Positions 39,392 to 40,041 of a stretch of DNA of 40,041 nt are shown here, piece by piece. Origin of the DNA: a virus; IMG/VR virus record IMGVR_UViG_3300045988_063194, positions 1-40,041 of that record; one strand, written 5' to 3'. How positions within the stretch are numbered: the first letter of the stretch is position 1; each line of letters begins with the position of its first letter. The notes beneath the pieces are model-generated. The model was not told the origin of the DNA, did no database searches, and worked only from the letters and a program-made list of their open reading frames with translations. The position numbers and the translations under genes are program-made.

Positions 39392-39874
39392 ATGGACCGT
39401 GAAATGGGATACCGCAACATGCTGGCAGTCGAAGAACTCGCAAGCCAAGGGAAACTCACCGTCACCCACAAGGGCGCACGCAGCTTCGACTTCGCGCAAT
39501 ACGCCCTGCTCAGCCGCATGGCATGGCTCACCGCTGACTGGCCGCTGGACAAGGCAGCAAAGGAGAAGCACATGATGCCGCGCACCTACGCTTCCGGCTG
39601 GCTCAAAATCGCCATCGATTGGGGCATGACGCTCCCACAGTCAATGGATGAGCTCGTGGCGATCGGCAATGAACCGCGCAATCCGAAGCGCGAGCAGCTG
39701 GCCTACAACCGCATCGGCAAAATCGCCAAGAAGCTCGAAGCCGCAGGACTCATCAAATGCCTTCGCAAGGGCAACGTGCAGCGCAAGAACAATGCCGTCT
39801 GGCTTCTGACCATCGGCACTCCAGAGGAAAACGCTGAGGTCGAAGCATACGTGCGACAGCACATGTACCTTTGA
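39392..39874 (+). CDS. 160-aa putative winged-helix DNA-binding protein
   Basis: Start MDREMGYRNML (RBS GGAGG). C-terminal YNRIGKIAKKLEAAGLIKCLRKGNVQRKNNAVWLL is MarR/wHTH-like. It is the last gene before attR. Confidence 0.5.
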   Translation: MDREMGYRNMLAVEELASQGKLTVTHKGARSFDFAQYALLSRMAWLTADWPLDKAAKEKHMMPRTYASGWLKIAIDWGMTLPQSMDELVAIGNEPRNPKREQLAYNRIGKIAKKLEAAGLIKCLRKGNVQRKNNAVWLLTIGTPEENAEVEAYVRQHMYL

Positions 39875-39878
39875 TTCC

Positions 39879-39899
39879 GTGCCCACATTTTGCCCACGT
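39879..39899. repeat. Putative integrase arm-type sites, right arm (GTGCCCACAT TTTGCCCACGT)
   Basis: Shares the 17-mer gcccacattttgcccac with 105..121. It lies 88 bp inside attR. Confidence 0.55.
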
Positions 39900-39961
39900 T
39901 TTATAGAGAAATGACGTGATTTGGAGTGAATTAGAGTGAAATAGGAAAGCTTGAAAACCGT

Positions 39962-39997
39962 TGGAAAATAAAGGAAAACCGCCATTTCTGGCGGTTT
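39962..39997 (-). terminator. Intrinsic terminator of the host tRNA gene; its distal half belongs to the att core
   Basis: On the minus strand: AAACCGCCA-GAAA-UGGCGGUUU followed by UCCUUUAUUUUCC. Confidence 0.6.
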
Positions 39998-40041
39998 CCA
40001 AAAGTGCCTCCAGCGGGACTCGAACCCACCGGCGAAAAGCC
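39987..40041. repeat. attR core: 55-bp direct repeat identical to 1..55
   Basis: Exact identity over all 55 nt, up to the window edge. Confidence 0.9.
40005..40041 (-). tRNA. 3' part of a class II tRNA (Leu-like: long variable arm, discriminator A); the gene continues beyond the window
   Basis: The minus strand reads GGCTTTTCGCC (variable-arm hairpin)-G-GTGGG-TTCGAGT-CCCGC-TGGAGGC-A. The anticodon is outside the window, so the identity is inferred only. Confidence 0.7.

Larger units (their letters stand above)
1..40041. mobile_element. Complete integrated temperate prophage (siphovirus-type, HK97-like head module) bounded by attL/attR
   Basis: Identical 55-bp direct repeats lie at both window ends. 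An integrase sits next to the left repeat. A full set of lysogeny, early/replication, packaging, head, tail and lysis modules lies between them. Confidence 0.92.

Noticed and set aside
1-40041. Diversity-generating retroelement, retron or CRISPR array
   Set aside because: - No reverse-transcriptase-like ORF (no YxDD motif) appears in any frame.
- No template/variable repeat pair is present.
- The only tandem repeats are short (10-30 bp, up to 3 copies) and lack spacer architecture.

Overview
The window is one complete integrated temperate siphovirus-type prophage of about 40 kb. It is high-GC; an Actinobacteria or Bifidobacterium-like host is my inference from composition and gene style.

**Boundaries.** The window starts and ends on an identical 55-bp direct repeat (attL 1..55, attR 39987..40041). 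The repeat carries the 3' part of a class II, Leu-like tRNA. Duplicated TTTGCCCACAT arm-type repeats sit just inside both ends.

**Order, left to right:**
- Tyrosine integrase (minus strand).
- A plus-strand mini-operon with two tiny hydrophobic peptides and an Xis-like HTH protein.
- An orphan N6-adenine DNA methyltransferase, set off by terminators.
- The rest of the late region, all on the minus strand: a lysis cassette (holin, NlpC/P60 plus PG-binding endolysin), a terminator-bracketed module of three paralogous small jelly-roll-like ORFs, a 1651-aa tail fibre/Tal, Dit, the tape measure protein, tail chaperones with a GGGAAAA -1 frameshift site, the major tail protein, connector proteins, HK97-type capsid, protease and portal, TerL, TerS and an HNH endonuclease.
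- An aberrant 160-nt tRNA-like gene behind a strong promoter.
- A roughly 11-kb early operon on the minus strand: zinc-ribbon/HTH proteins, a replisome organiser with an embedded ori-like repeat cluster, an MmcB-like nuclease, RusA, SSB, RecT, and a split C5-cytosine methyltransferase.
- The genetic switch (Cro-like versus an XRE-type repressor plus ImmA protease).
- A moron region with a membrane-anchored DEDDh exonuclease and a winged-helix protein.

**Most unusual observations:**
1. The tRNA-like gene has perfect acceptor, D and T arms and an encoded CCA, but about 108 nt where about 22 nt (anticodon arm plus variable loop) should be.
2. A roughly 480-bp ORF-poor, hairpin-dense region carries a tRNA T-arm/acceptor mimic.
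3. The C5 methyltransferase is split into two ORFs, has many TL-type target-recognition motifs, and carries three simple-sequence repeats.
4. A cassette-like array of small ORFs shares conserved termini (N-terminal I-T-N-L..P, C-terminal GDTMPRA).
5. The membrane-tethered exonuclease sits next to an AT-rich, repeat-laden control region.

Everything comes from reading the sequence and ORF translations by eye. No database search, RNA folding or statistics software was run.
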